From an uncultured Haloferula sp. (GTDB lineage Bacteria; Verrucomicrobiota; Verrucomicrobiia; Verrucomicrobiales; Akkermansiaceae), in the NCBI GenBank assembly GCA_965652295.1, contig CBFGTS010000006.1:160001-224000 (forward strand): a DNA stretch of 64,000 nucleotides, read 5' to 3'. A model generated the notes under the pieces. The model saw nothing but the letters and a program-made list of their open reading frames with translations. It ran no database searches and had not been told where the DNA came from. The translations under genes and the position numbers were made by a program. Shown in pieces: positions 19,305 to 28,967 of this stretch (its first letter is position 1; every line of letters begins with the position of its first letter).

Positions 19305-19435
19305 GGTGTGTGGGTCCGGGTTCCTTGGCCTGTGAATCGCGCCAGCGGGCCCGGCGTGCAAACCTTTTCCGTGCTAGCGGGGCGTTCGTTTCCACTGGCC
19401 AAGAGAGCGGCCGATTCCTATCACCGGCTCGTCCC

Positions 19436-20455
19436 ATGCCCGACGAGCCCGACCAACCGTCCAAACCCTCCCGCTCGCGGCCGCGTCTGAACGACCTGGC
19501 CGGCGAAACTTTGGAAGACGAGCTTTGGAACCTTGATGACGACGATTCGCAGCCGGCGGACGTCGAGGTGCAACCGCGCAATCCCAAAGCCAGGCCCGCG
19601 CCGCGAGCGGTGAGCCAGCCGGAGGAGGTCGAGGACAAGCCGGGGGAGGGAGCCGAAGCGCCCGCCGGGGAGCCCCCTGCTGAGCAGCCGGAGAAGCACG
19701 AGGCGCTCGCCGCGAAGAAGCCGAAACCGAGCCGCCCCCTCCACGCATCCGAGGACGAACTGGACCTCCCGGAAGAGGAGGCCGATGACACGATTTCCGC
19801 CAAGCCGACCGAGCCCGAAACCGCTCCGGAAACCGGACCCGACGTGGAGGAGTTCGAGAAAAAGCGCCCCGCAGCCGCGGCCGCCACGCCTCCGGTCGCA
19901 GGAGCGAACTCGCAGAAAATCGAGAAGATCGGGCTGATCTCGCTCGCCGTCGTGGTGGTCGGGATCGCCATCTGGGCCACCGCCGGGCTTTTCTCCAGCG
20001 TCAGCACCACCGAGCTGGGCGAGGATTTTCCCGACCTCCCGGCGGAAGGGAAATACGCGACGATCGACGAAGTGGACACCTACTGGCGCAAACCGGTGCG
20101 TGAGGGGGAAGATGCCGATGCCGCCACGGCCGGCGTGCTTTACATCCCGATCGTGTCGGTGACGCTCGACGAGGGCGGGTCCGGCGTGCTGCGCATCCTT
20201 TTCCGCGACGAAAACGGGGAGTTCGTGGGCGATGCGATTTCCCGCCGTTTCGCGAATGGCAGCTTCACCGAAAGCGGTTCGGAAACGGCCGACTTCGCCG
20301 CAACGGACGGCTTTCGCGAGATTTCCGAGTTCAATGGCTACCGCGTCGGCACCGAGCGGTGGACGGCCGAGATCTACGAAGGCCCCTCGGCCGATGCCTC
20401 CGGCAGCGAATTCAAGCAGCTCGTGACCACGCCGCTGTTCCCGAAGACCCGGTGA
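19436..20455 (+). CDS. Hypothetical bitopic membrane protein
   Basis: Acidic/Pro-rich disordered N-terminus, single TM (IGLISLAVVVVGIAIWA), beta-rich C-terminal domain. Confidence 0.7.
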   Translation: MPDEPDQPSKPSRSRPRLNDLAGETLEDELWNLDDDDSQPADVEVQPRNPKARPAPRAVSQPEEVEDKPGEGAEAPAGEPPAEQPEKHEALAAKKPKPSRPLHASEDELDLPEEEADDTISAKPTEPETAPETGPDVEEFEKKRPAAAAATPPVAGANSQKIEKIGLISLAVVVVGIAIWATAGLFSSVSTTELGEDFPDLPAEGKYATIDEVDTYWRKPVREGEDADAATAGVLYIPIVSVTLDEGGSGVLRILFRDENGEFVGDAISRRFANGSFTESGSETADFAATDGFREISEFNGYRVGTERWTAEIYEGPSADASGSEFKQLVTTPLFPKTR

Positions 20456-20474
20456 TCGCCCGATTTTCCCGCTC

Positions 20475-21308
20475 ATGAATGACAGCAACTCCGCCGTTCC
20501 GCCGCTCGTGCCCCGTGAAGGCTGGCACGTCATGCACCTCTTCTACCATATCGATCACTCACAGTGGTCGCTGCTCGACGACGAAGACCGCCGCCACGCC
20601 AAGACCCGCCTGACCGAGTTGGTCCAGGAAATCCGCAGCACACCGGACACCCATCTGCTCATCTTCGCCGTGGCCACGCCGAAGGCCGACCTCGGCTTCA
20701 TGCTGCTAACGCCCGATCTCCAGACGGCGAACGCCTTCGAAAAGCGGCTCACTCTTTCGCTCGGGCCCGACATCCTCACCCCGGCCTACTCCTATCTCTC
20801 CCAAACCGAGCGCTCGGAATACACCACCACTTCCGAGCAGTACGCCGAGGAAACCCTCAAGGGCGAGAAGGGCCTCGCGCCGGACTCCCCGGAATTCGCC
20901 GCGGCGATGAAGGAATTCGAGGAGCGGATGGACCACTACCTGAAGCACCGCCTCTATCCCGTCCTGCCCGATTGGCCGGCGATCTGTTTTTACCCGATGT
21001 CGAAGCGCCGCAGCGGGGCCGACAACTGGTATTCGCTCCCCTTCGAGGACCGCAAGCGCCTGATGGGCGGTCATGCCCGCACCGGCCGAACCTACTCCGG
21101 CCGCATCCTCCAGCTCATCACCGGCTCGACCGGCTTTGACGAGCACGAATGGGGCGTGACCCTGCTCGCCAAGGACACGATCGACATCAAACAGATCGTT
21201 TACGAAATGCGCTTCGACGAAGTCTCCGCCCGCTATGGAGAGTTCGGCGACTTCTACATCGGCATGCAGCTGCCGCTGGCCGAGCTGTTCAAGCGGCTGT
21301 GCCTGTGA
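20475..21308 (+). CDS. hemQ: Coproheme decarboxylase / chlorite dismutase family protein
   Basis: FYPMSKRR..NWY, LMGGH..TGRTY, GSTGFDEHEWGVTL, EMRFDEVSARYGEFG. Confidence 0.85.
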   Translation: MNDSNSAVPPLVPREGWHVMHLFYHIDHSQWSLLDDEDRRHAKTRLTELVQEIRSTPDTHLLIFAVATPKADLGFMLLTPDLQTANAFEKRLTLSLGPDILTPAYSYLSQTERSEYTTTSEQYAEETLKGEKGLAPDSPEFAAAMKEFEERMDHYLKHRLYPVLPDWPAICFYPMSKRRSGADNWYSLPFEDRKRLMGGHARTGRTYSGRILQLITGSTGFDEHEWGVTLLAKDTIDIKQIVYEMRFDEVSARYGEFGDFYIGMQLPLAELFKRLCL

Positions 21309-21443
21309 AGCAAGGAGCGCCGATTAGGAAATCGGCATTCCTTCTTCCGCACACTTCACCTCGAATCCGAGGCGCGGCTCGTCTCCAAAACTTCGGGCCC
21401 CCTTGGCAAGGCAGTGCCGATTTCATCATCGGCGCTCCTGGCC

Positions 21444-22631
21444 TCACGGACCGAAGGGGGCCATTTCGCGGTCCATGCGGCGCATGAACTCGGCCATCTC
21501 TTCCAGATGCGCACGCATCGCGTCCGCCGCGCCTTGAGGAATCGGCACAACCTGCTGACGCGGCCCCCGCCCGGCGCCGCGACGATTTCCCGGCACGGCA
21601 GCCAGATTGGGTGCGACCGGCTCCTCTTCCAGCAGCTCAAGAATCCGCGCTGCGGGAATGATGAAACTCCGGGTCCGGTCGGTGCGGGAAATCGAGAGAC
21701 CGATCACGTCGCCATCCAGGTCCACCACCGGGCCGCCGCATTGCTCGGGACGGAGCTGCATGTCCGTCTGGATCACCACGGGGAAATCCTCGCCGCGCAG
21801 GCTGATCGGGCCGCCCATGGAACGCATCACGCGCAACCGGCCCTCGGGGATTTTCTTGTACTTCGATTTATCGCCGAGCACGACCTCCACGGTCTGCTTC
21901 TGATCACCGCGGCGGAACTCGACCTCCACGGCATCGCCGGGCGATTTCCCCTCCAGCACGGGTCGGAGATCGAACGGAGCGTTCATTTCCACGCCATCCG
22001 CCGACAGCAGCACATCGCCGATCCGCAGACCGGCATCGTCGGCTCCGCCGCTTTCGTCGATCTCCGCGATGCGGACGCCTTCGCCGGTGTCGGAATTTTC
22101 GAGCACCACTCCGAAGAACGGCTGGTTCGAAAGCCGCAAGATCCGCTCCTCGACGGCCACCACACCCATCCGCGCCGCGCCTTCCGGATCGGCGGAAATC
22201 AGGAAACGTCCCAGAGACGGAGATTCTCCCGTCCCCCACTCCACCGGCGTGAAGGTGACGTCCTCTTCGACCACTTCCAGCAGCGCGAGGTCGTCGTCCT
22301 CATAGACGCCGACAACCGTCGCCGTGGCTTCGCGACGATGGCCATCGACCACCTGCAACGCGCCACGGGCGAAGGCGATCTGGCTCCATTTCGTCAAAAT
22401 GCGATGACCATCACCGATTACCGTGCCGAGGGAAATCATCCGTCCGCCGGACCAGACCCACACGGCCGAGGCCGAAGCCTCGTCCACCACCGGGTCGATG
22501 ACATCGTAGAGCATCTGCGACTGGCGCGCGGTGGCCGCTTCCTCGTCGGGCCGCTGCAACGGCACCTCCGCTTCGATCTGCGCACAGAGAGGCGTCACCG
22601 CCACCCCTATCCATAAAAGCAGTTCTTTCAT
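21444..22631 (-). CDS. Secreted trypsin-fold/PDZ protein with non-canonical catalytic positions
   Basis: Signal peptide; ILTKWS, DLALL, internal PDZ (AGLRIGDVLL), QCGGPVVDLDGDVIG. Confidence 0.8.
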   Translation of the reverse strand: MKELLLWIGVAVTPLCAQIEAEVPLQRPDEEAATARQSQMLYDVIDPVVDEASASAVWVWSGGRMISLGTVIGDGHRILTKWSQIAFARGALQVVDGHRREATATVVGVYEDDDLALLEVVEEDVTFTPVEWGTGESPSLGRFLISADPEGAARMGVVAVEERILRLSNQPFFGVVLENSDTGEGVRIAEIDESGGADDAGLRIGDVLLSADGVEMNAPFDLRPVLEGKSPGDAVEVEFRRGDQKQTVEVVLGDKSKYKKIPEGRLRVMRSMGGPISLRGEDFPVVIQTDMQLRPEQCGGPVVDLDGDVIGLSISRTDRTRSFIIPAARILELLEEEPVAPNLAAVPGNRRGAGRGPRQQVVPIPQGAADAMRAHLEEMAEFMRRMDREMAPFGP

Positions 22632-23630
22632 TCAGCGATTCAGGGAGGGTTCGACTTTGTCCAAACGGCTGAGGGTGGCCCCGACCTCGAAGGTCTCGCG
22701 CCCGCGGCGCACGCCCACTTTCACCTCATCGCCGTCCTCGTGTTTCATGATCATGTTGATGAGCGCCTGGCCCCCGGTCACCCGGCTGCCATCGACGCTT
22801 ACGATTTCATCGCCGGCACGGATGCCGGCTTTCTGCGCGGGGCCGCCCGGCGTCACCCCGGCGATGATCACCGCGCCGTCCCGCCGTTCGCCCGCGATGT
22901 TGACGCCCAGCACGGGGCGCTCCTGGTTGACCATCGGATCGAGCTGCAGCTCGCCCCATGCCTCGCCGGCCAGCAGCCGGTCCCAATCCTCGCGGAAGCC
23001 ATCGATGCCGGCATGGTTGTTGTTCGACCACGATTGGCCGATCGAGGAATTCACCGCCACCAACCGGCCTTCCAGATCAAAGAGCGGACCGCCGGAATCG
23101 CCGCCGATCAGCGTGCAGTCCGTGGTCATGAAGTTCCCCGGGCCGTCCGAAACCACGCGGCCGAAGCGGACCGGCGGCGTGCGGGTGGCATCGTAGCCCT
23201 CGCTGTGACCCATCGCGATCACCCAATCGCCCGCTTTGAGCGGCTTCGATTCGCCCAGCTCGACATGCGGCCAGCTCTTTTCCTCGGTGATCTGCACCAT
23301 GCCGATGTCCTTGGAAAAATTCGACCCCAGCACCTTGCCCTCCGTTTCCTGGCCGTTCGGGAAAATGACCCGGACGATTTCCGAACCCTGCGTGACGTGG
23401 GCGGCGGTGAGGATCAGACCATCCTCATTCACGATCGTTCCAGAGCCCGAGGCACCGACTTCGTCGGAAATGAGAGCCACCACCGCTGGCAGGACTTTCT
23501 CCGCGACGGCCTCGGTCTTCCGCTCCAGATTCCGCACATCCTCCAGCGAGTGGATCGGCCCCTGAGCGGGGAGCACCGCGCACAACAACGCGGAAATGAG
23601 GGCCGTTTGCAAAATTCCTGATTTCTTCAT
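22632..23630 (-). CDS. S1C (HtrA/DegP-like) serine protease with PDZ domain
   Basis: GSGTIV, ILTAAH, DIGMV, GGDSGGP; C-terminal PDZ GPAQKAGIRAGD. Confidence 0.92.
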   Translation of the reverse strand: MKKSGILQTALISALLCAVLPAQGPIHSLEDVRNLERKTEAVAEKVLPAVVALISDEVGASGSGTIVNEDGLILTAAHVTQGSEIVRVIFPNGQETEGKVLGSNFSKDIGMVQITEEKSWPHVELGESKPLKAGDWVIAMGHSEGYDATRTPPVRFGRVVSDGPGNFMTTDCTLIGGDSGGPLFDLEGRLVAVNSSIGQSWSNNNHAGIDGFREDWDRLLAGEAWGELQLDPMVNQERPVLGVNIAGERRDGAVIIAGVTPGGPAQKAGIRAGDEIVSVDGSRVTGGQALINMIMKHEDGDEVKVGVRRGRETFEVGATLSRLDKVEPSLNR

Positions 23631-23720
23631 CGCTTTCTCAACCGTCATAGCGACGCAATTTCCGCGCTTCGTCTTCAAGCGAATCTTCCGCGGATTGCTC
23701 GACCAAGCCTTCCTCACCTC

Positions 23721-26081
23721 ATGGCCAAACGCAAATCGAACGAAGAAACGCCGGCTTCAAAAAACCGTCGGCGCAAAGTCGCGCCCCGGCGCCACGGCCT
23801 CGGCACTCTCGTCCTTCTGTGGCCGTTTTTTCTCCTCCAGAGGATCACCGCCGGTTTCCCCCTGCCCGTCCGCTGGGGACTGCGCGCCTTCGGACACCCC
23901 GTCGTTCTGGGCCTCTACGCCGCCATTCCCATGGCTCTCTTCTACTACGCCCGGGCGCGGTCGTACGACATGGCGAAGGTTGCGGAAATGCCGGAACGCA
24001 GCGTGGTGCTTGATCGCCACGGCGAGGAGATCGGCCGCATCCACGGGGAAAAACGCGACATCATTCCTCTCTCGAAAGTCTCCCAGGACTTCATTTTCGC
24101 GATCCTCGCCCGCGAGGACGAACGTTTCTACACCCACCACGGGGTCGATTGGATCGGTTTCGGCCGCGCCACACTCCGCAACATCAAGGACCGCTCGCTC
24201 ACCCAAGGTGCATCGACGCTGACCATGCAGCTCGCGCGGAATTCCTACCCGCTCTACGCCCCGTGGCTGGATTTTTCCGGCGCGCTTCAGGAGCTGGACC
24301 GCAAGTTCCTGGAAATGGCCGTCACCTACCGCATTGAGGGCAACTACACCAAGGAGGAGATCCTTGAGCACTACGTGAACCGCATTTTCTGGGGCCACAC
24401 GATCCGCGGCATCGAGGAGGCCTCACGCACCTATTTCGAAAAGTCGGCGGCCGATCTCACCCTCTCCGAGTCCGCGCTGCTCGCCGGCATCGTCCGCGGG
24501 CCGAACGCATTCTCTCCCTTCCGCGACATTTCGGACTCAATCCGCGAGCGCGACACCACGCTCGACCGGATGGTCATTGCCGAATTCATCACGCCCGAAC
24601 AAGCGGAAGCGGCCAAGGCGGAGGAAATCAAAGTCCGCCCCGAATGGCGCCGGGTGTTCCACGATTCGTGGGCGATGGATGCCGTCCGCCGCGAGCTGGA
24701 GCGCATTCTGGAAGAGGAGAGCATCGAGTTCGGCGGGCTCCAGATCACCACCACCATCGATCTCCCGGTCCAAGCCAAGGCCGAGGAAGCGCTCAACCGC
24801 CACCTTCGCACCTTCGAACGCCGCGCCGGCTACCCGCACCAAACCCGCGCCGCCTGGCAGGACAAACCGGAGCCGCGGCCGAATCCCTCCTACCTCCAAG
24901 GCAGCGTGGTGGTCATCGAAAACCTCACCGGCGCGATCATCGCCAGCGTCGGCGGACGGGATGCCGACGAATCGAAATACAACCGCGCCACCCAGGCCAA
25001 GCGCCAGGTCGGCTCCAGCTTCAAGCCCTTCGTCTACGCCGCCGCCTTCGAGGCGGGAATGCGCCCGGACGCAATGATTTCCGACGACCCGCTGGCCCCC
25101 GGCGAGGTCAAGAAAGCAGGTCGGTGGTCGCCGCGGAATTCCGACGGCACCTTCCTCGGCTACCAGCCGGTGGAGGTCGGCCTGATCCGCTCCCGCAACA
25201 CCATGTCGGTGCGGGTGGGCGACTATGCCGGCGTTGAACACGTCTCGGACGTCGCCCGTCAGGTCGGGTTCGAGCGGCAGATGGAAATGAACGCCGTCTC
25301 CTACCTCGGCACGCTGGAAGCCTCGCCGGAGGAAGTCGCCTCCGCCTACACGATTTTCCCAAATGGCGGCCGTCGCTTCCCGCCGCGGATCATCGCGGAA
25401 ATCCGCAACCGCGACGGTGAAATCGAGTATCAGAACCGCACCGTTTCCTATCAGGCGATCCAAGGGCAGGCCGCCACCACCACCGCCCGCATCCTCGGCG
25501 AGGTGATGGAGCGAGGCACCGGCGCCGCGGCCCGGAGACTCGGGTTCAACCGCCCCTGCGGCGGCAAAACCGGCACCACCGACGATTACAAGGACGCTTG
25601 GTTCACCGGCTTCACCTCCAGCCTGACCTGCTCGGTGTGGGTCGGTCTCGACCAGCCGAAGACCATTTTCGAACGCGCCTACGGCTCGACCATGGCGCTG
25701 CCGGTGTGGGTCGAGGTCATGAAAACCGCCGAGCGCCTCGGCTACCGGGCCGACGGCCTGAGCTCGTCCGAACCCTTCACCGATGCCCGCCTTTGCAAAA
25801 GCTCCGGCAAGCGCGCCACCAAAGGCTGCGAAATCGCCGGCACCGCCTACACCGACAGCCTCCCGGCCGAGCGATTGCCGGTGGAGGGCGATTTCTGCTC
25901 CGAGCACGACGATCTGCTGGCGGAAGCCGTGGAGGACGCGCCCAAGGCGGTAGTCATCGAACCCGGTGCGGAGGTCGATTTGGAGAGCGCACCCAAGGCC
26001 CGCCCGGTCGATGAAGAAGCCGTGCCGAAGGCGATTCCCATCGAGGAAGAGAAAATCCCGCGTGCGCTGCCGATTGACTAA
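23721..26081 (+). CDS. Class A penicillin-binding protein (PBP1A family)
   Basis: GT motifs EDERF, GASTLTMQL, RKFLE; TP motifs SSFK, SRN, KTG. Confidence 0.95.
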   Translation: MAKRKSNEETPASKNRRRKVAPRRHGLGTLVLLWPFFLLQRITAGFPLPVRWGLRAFGHPVVLGLYAAIPMALFYYARARSYDMAKVAEMPERSVVLDRHGEEIGRIHGEKRDIIPLSKVSQDFIFAILAREDERFYTHHGVDWIGFGRATLRNIKDRSLTQGASTLTMQLARNSYPLYAPWLDFSGALQELDRKFLEMAVTYRIEGNYTKEEILEHYVNRIFWGHTIRGIEEASRTYFEKSAADLTLSESALLAGIVRGPNAFSPFRDISDSIRERDTTLDRMVIAEFITPEQAEAAKAEEIKVRPEWRRVFHDSWAMDAVRRELERILEEESIEFGGLQITTTIDLPVQAKAEEALNRHLRTFERRAGYPHQTRAAWQDKPEPRPNPSYLQGSVVVIENLTGAIIASVGGRDADESKYNRATQAKRQVGSSFKPFVYAAAFEAGMRPDAMISDDPLAPGEVKKAGRWSPRNSDGTFLGYQPVEVGLIRSRNTMSVRVGDYAGVEHVSDVARQVGFERQMEMNAVSYLGTLEASPEEVASAYTIFPNGGRRFPPRIIAEIRNRDGEIEYQNRTVSYQAIQGQAATTTARILGEVMERGTGAAARRLGFNRPCGGKTGTTDDYKDAWFTGFTSSLTCSVWVGLDQPKTIFERAYGSTMALPVWVEVMKTAERLGYRADGLSSSEPFTDARLCKSSGKRATKGCEIAGTAYTDSLPAERLPVEGDFCSEHDDLLAEAVEDAPKAVVIEPGAEVDLESAPKARPVDEEAVPKAIPIEEEKIPRALPID

Positions 26082-26117
26082 GCGCGCCCGGCCCCCTCTT
26101 CTCGGGTTTTCCGAACC

Positions 26118-27827
26118 ATGTCCACCTGGCGTCCCGTTTCCCGCCCACCCCGCTGGCTCGCGTGGCTGCCCGGCTGGGCGCTGACGCTGCTCAAGCTCGG
26201 GCTGTGGTGTGCCGGCGGGGCCACCGTCATCGGCTTCTGCGTCGCCCTTTTCTACTTCAGCCGCGCCGGGCGCTTCAATCTCGATGAGGTCGCCGCGATG
26301 CCGGCCCGCACCACCCTTCTCGACCGCGACGGCACACCGATCGAGGTGAGCTGGGGGTCATCCCGCCACCTGGCGAAACGCGACGACCTCCCGGATTTCC
26401 TCGTGCAATGCTTGGAAGCGCGCGAAGACGCCCGGTTTTTCGACCATTGCGGCGTCGATTTCCGCGGCCTCGCCCGCGCCACGCTGCGCAACCTCAAGGA
26501 CCGCGACTTCACCCAGGGGGCGTCGACCCTGAGCATGCAGCTCGCCCGGAACACCTACGACATCCGTGCCAAATCGATCGACCGCAAGCTGCTGGAAATC
26601 GCGCTCACCCTGCGCATCGAGCGGCGCTACTCGAAGGACGAGATCCTCACCCACTACCTCAACCGCATTTACTTCGGTTCCGGCTGCCATGGCATCGACG
26701 AAGCCGCCCGGACCTATTTCGGCAAACCGGTCTCCGGCCTCCACCAGGGCGAGTCGGCGATGCTCGTCGGTATCATCCGCGGGCCACACATTTTCTCCCC
26801 CGCGCGGAACCTCGAAGGGGCCCGGGCCCAGCAGAGCGAAGTGCTCGACCGCATGATCGCCATGGGACGGATCACCGCCGGGGAGAAGGAGGCCATCCAA
26901 GCCCTGCCGATCGACATCACGCCGGAGGATCAGCGTTCCGCCGAGCGCTCCTACGCCATCCAAGCCGTGCGCCGCGAACTGGGCGACATCCTTGAGGCGC
27001 TCGACATCCGGCTCGACGGGCTGGTCGTTCACACGACGCTTTCCACCGGCTGGCAGCTCCGGCTAGAGACCGACCTCTCCAACACCCTCCTCGAAGCCGA
27101 GCGCCGCGCCGGCTGGAGCCACCCGACCCACACGCAGCACACCGCCGGCGAGGCGACCGCCTATCTCCAGTGCGCCGCCGTCACTTTGGAAAGCCGGACC
27201 GGCGCGGTGCTCGCTCTGATTGGCGGGCGCGATTTCCTCGACTCCCGCTACGACCGCAGCACCGGTGCCCGGCGCGACCTCGGCAGCGCCTTCATCCCGT
27301 GGGTGGCCGCCGCCGCCGCCGAGCGCGGAAAACGCGTGCTTCCGGGAAACATCATGCTCACCGGGCGCCAGATCGGCCCGCTCGAAACCGCCCGCATCGC
27401 CCAGCGCTGCGGCCTCGGCGGCCCCTTCCTCCAGACCGAGGATCTTTTCCGCGGGAGCGCCGCCAGCACGCCGATGGAAGTCGCCACCGCCCTGGCCACA
27501 CTCTCGAATCAAGGCCAGCGGCCCGATCCGTTTTTCATCACCCGCGTCACCGATGCGGCGGGCGAAACGCTCTATCAACGGTCGAGCGGACTCTCCCAGG
27601 CGATCACCGCCGCTGCGGCCGACGAGGCAATCGAGCTCTTCAGCGAGGTCGGCATGAGCCGCTGCTACGACGGCCACACCGGCTCCGAGCGCGATGCCTG
27701 GCTCCTCCGCGTCGGCCCCGGCGGCTCCACCGCCGTCTGGCTCGGGTTCGACGAGCCCGCGAAAATCTGCGAGCAACGCCAGCTTCGCAGCATGCTCGAC
27801 CGGCTCTCCAACCGGCTCGGGAAGTAG
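26118..27827 (+). CDS. Peptidoglycan glycosyltransferase with degenerate transpeptidase-like domain
   Basis: Intact EDARF, GASTLSMQL, RKLLE, YLNRIYFG; TP region has SAFI and HTG in place of SxxK and KTG. Confidence 0.85.
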   Translation: MSTWRPVSRPPRWLAWLPGWALTLLKLGLWCAGGATVIGFCVALFYFSRAGRFNLDEVAAMPARTTLLDRDGTPIEVSWGSSRHLAKRDDLPDFLVQCLEAREDARFFDHCGVDFRGLARATLRNLKDRDFTQGASTLSMQLARNTYDIRAKSIDRKLLEIALTLRIERRYSKDEILTHYLNRIYFGSGCHGIDEAARTYFGKPVSGLHQGESAMLVGIIRGPHIFSPARNLEGARAQQSEVLDRMIAMGRITAGEKEAIQALPIDITPEDQRSAERSYAIQAVRRELGDILEALDIRLDGLVVHTTLSTGWQLRLETDLSNTLLEAERRAGWSHPTHTQHTAGEATAYLQCAAVTLESRTGAVLALIGGRDFLDSRYDRSTGARRDLGSAFIPWVAAAAAERGKRVLPGNIMLTGRQIGPLETARIAQRCGLGGPFLQTEDLFRGSAASTPMEVATALATLSNQGQRPDPFFITRVTDAAGETLYQRSSGLSQAITAAAADEAIELFSEVGMSRCYDGHTGSERDAWLLRVGPGGSTAVWLGFDEPAKICEQRQLRSMLDRLSNRLGK

Positions 27828-27919
27828 CCGGCTTCGGGAGCATCGACCCACTTCGTCTTCCCTTGTCCGACAGGCGCTTTCCAGTTAGTCAGGAAACATG
27901 AAGCTTCGCCCATGCGCAG

Positions 27920-28273
27920 ATGACCCTCGAAGCCATGGATCGCTTCAACAGCGATGAGATGCCCGACTGGGGGAGCCTGACCTCAACAGGACTCGGAGAT
28001 CCGGATCTCTCCCACCTGTCGCCCGCCAGCGAGAAGGTGCTTGAGCTGTTTTACATCGGCGCGGATGCATGGGGCAAAGGTGCCTTCCGTAGCCAGTCCA
28101 CCTTCGCCATGAACCAAGCCGCCTTCGACATCATGAAAGGTCAGCCGGTTCCGGTGGATCCGGTTTTCGGTCAGCCCTACCGCTGGAACCCTGACACCCG
28201 CGAACTCGCCGCACCCGACACGCCGGAATTCAAGCAGCTGGACATCAAACCCATCACCGTGCCGCGGCCGTAG
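27920..28273 (+). CDS. Hypothetical protein (possibly a C-terminal gene fragment)
   Basis: 117-aa ORF with coding-like composition ending PVDPVFGQPYRWNP...; no recognisable N-terminus. Confidence 0.45.
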   Translation: MTLEAMDRFNSDEMPDWGSLTSTGLGDPDLSHLSPASEKVLELFYIGADAWGKGAFRSQSTFAMNQAAFDIMKGQPVPVDPVFGQPYRWNPDTRELAAPDTPEFKQLDIKPITVPRP

Positions 28274-28283
28274 CCTTCCGGAA

Positions 28284-28303
28284 CAGCGGCATTCCTGCCG
28301 CTG
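28284..28303. terminator. Hairpin between convergent genes
   Basis: cagcggca-ttcc-tgccgctg perfect 8-bp stem. Confidence 0.4.
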
Positions 28304-28342
28304 CGGTGGGAGGGGCGGGCAGGATTGCCCCCTCCCTATGAC

Positions 28343-28945
28343 TCACACGTAGTGGAGTCTCTCAGCGACGGCCTCGATCTGCGGACTGTGGTCGAGCAAC
28401 TCCTGAATCGGGTCCCAGCGGCCGGAAATCAACGCGTCGCGGGCGGATTCGGGGATGGAGAAACCAAACTCGTCGCCGGCGGAGGAACGGACCTTTTTCG
28501 CTTCCAGATCGATCGTGATCTCGGTGGCCGGATCGGCCTCGACCGCGGCGCGCAGCTTGGCGATCGCCTCGGCCGGGAGGGTCACGCAGGGCATGCCGAG
28601 CGTGGTGGAGTTGCCGAAAAAGATCTCGGCGAACGACTCGGCGATGACCGCCTTGAAGCCGTACTTGCTGAGCGATTGCGGCGCGTGCTCACGGGACGAA
28701 CCGCAGCCAAAGTTCACACCGGCCAGAAGGATTTCGGCGTCATTGAAGCGCGGATCGTTCAACGGGTGGCTGGTCTTTTCTCGGGTCGTCGGGTCGAAGC
28801 GAACGTCGTAAAACGCGTACTCGCCGAGACCGTCGAAGGTCACGCACTTCATGAACCGCGCGGGAATGATGCGGTCGGTGTCGATGTCGGCGCCGGGCAC
28901 GAATACGCCGCGGCCGGTTACTTGGGTGATCTTTTCGAGTGCCAT
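28343..28945 (-). CDS. leuD: 3-isopropylmalate dehydratase small subunit
   Basis: DIDTDRIIPARF, NFGCGSSREHAP, SFAEIFFGN. Confidence 0.96.
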   Translation of the reverse strand: MALEKITQVTGRGVFVPGADIDTDRIIPARFMKCVTFDGLGEYAFYDVRFDPTTREKTSHPLNDPRFNDAEILLAGVNFGCGSSREHAPQSLSKYGFKAVIAESFAEIFFGNSTTLGMPCVTLPAEAIAKLRAAVEADPATEITIDLEAKKVRSSAGDEFGFSIPESARDALISGRWDPIQELLDHSPQIEAVAERLHYV

Positions 28946-28967
28946 GGTGTCGATCGGTGGGAGAAAT

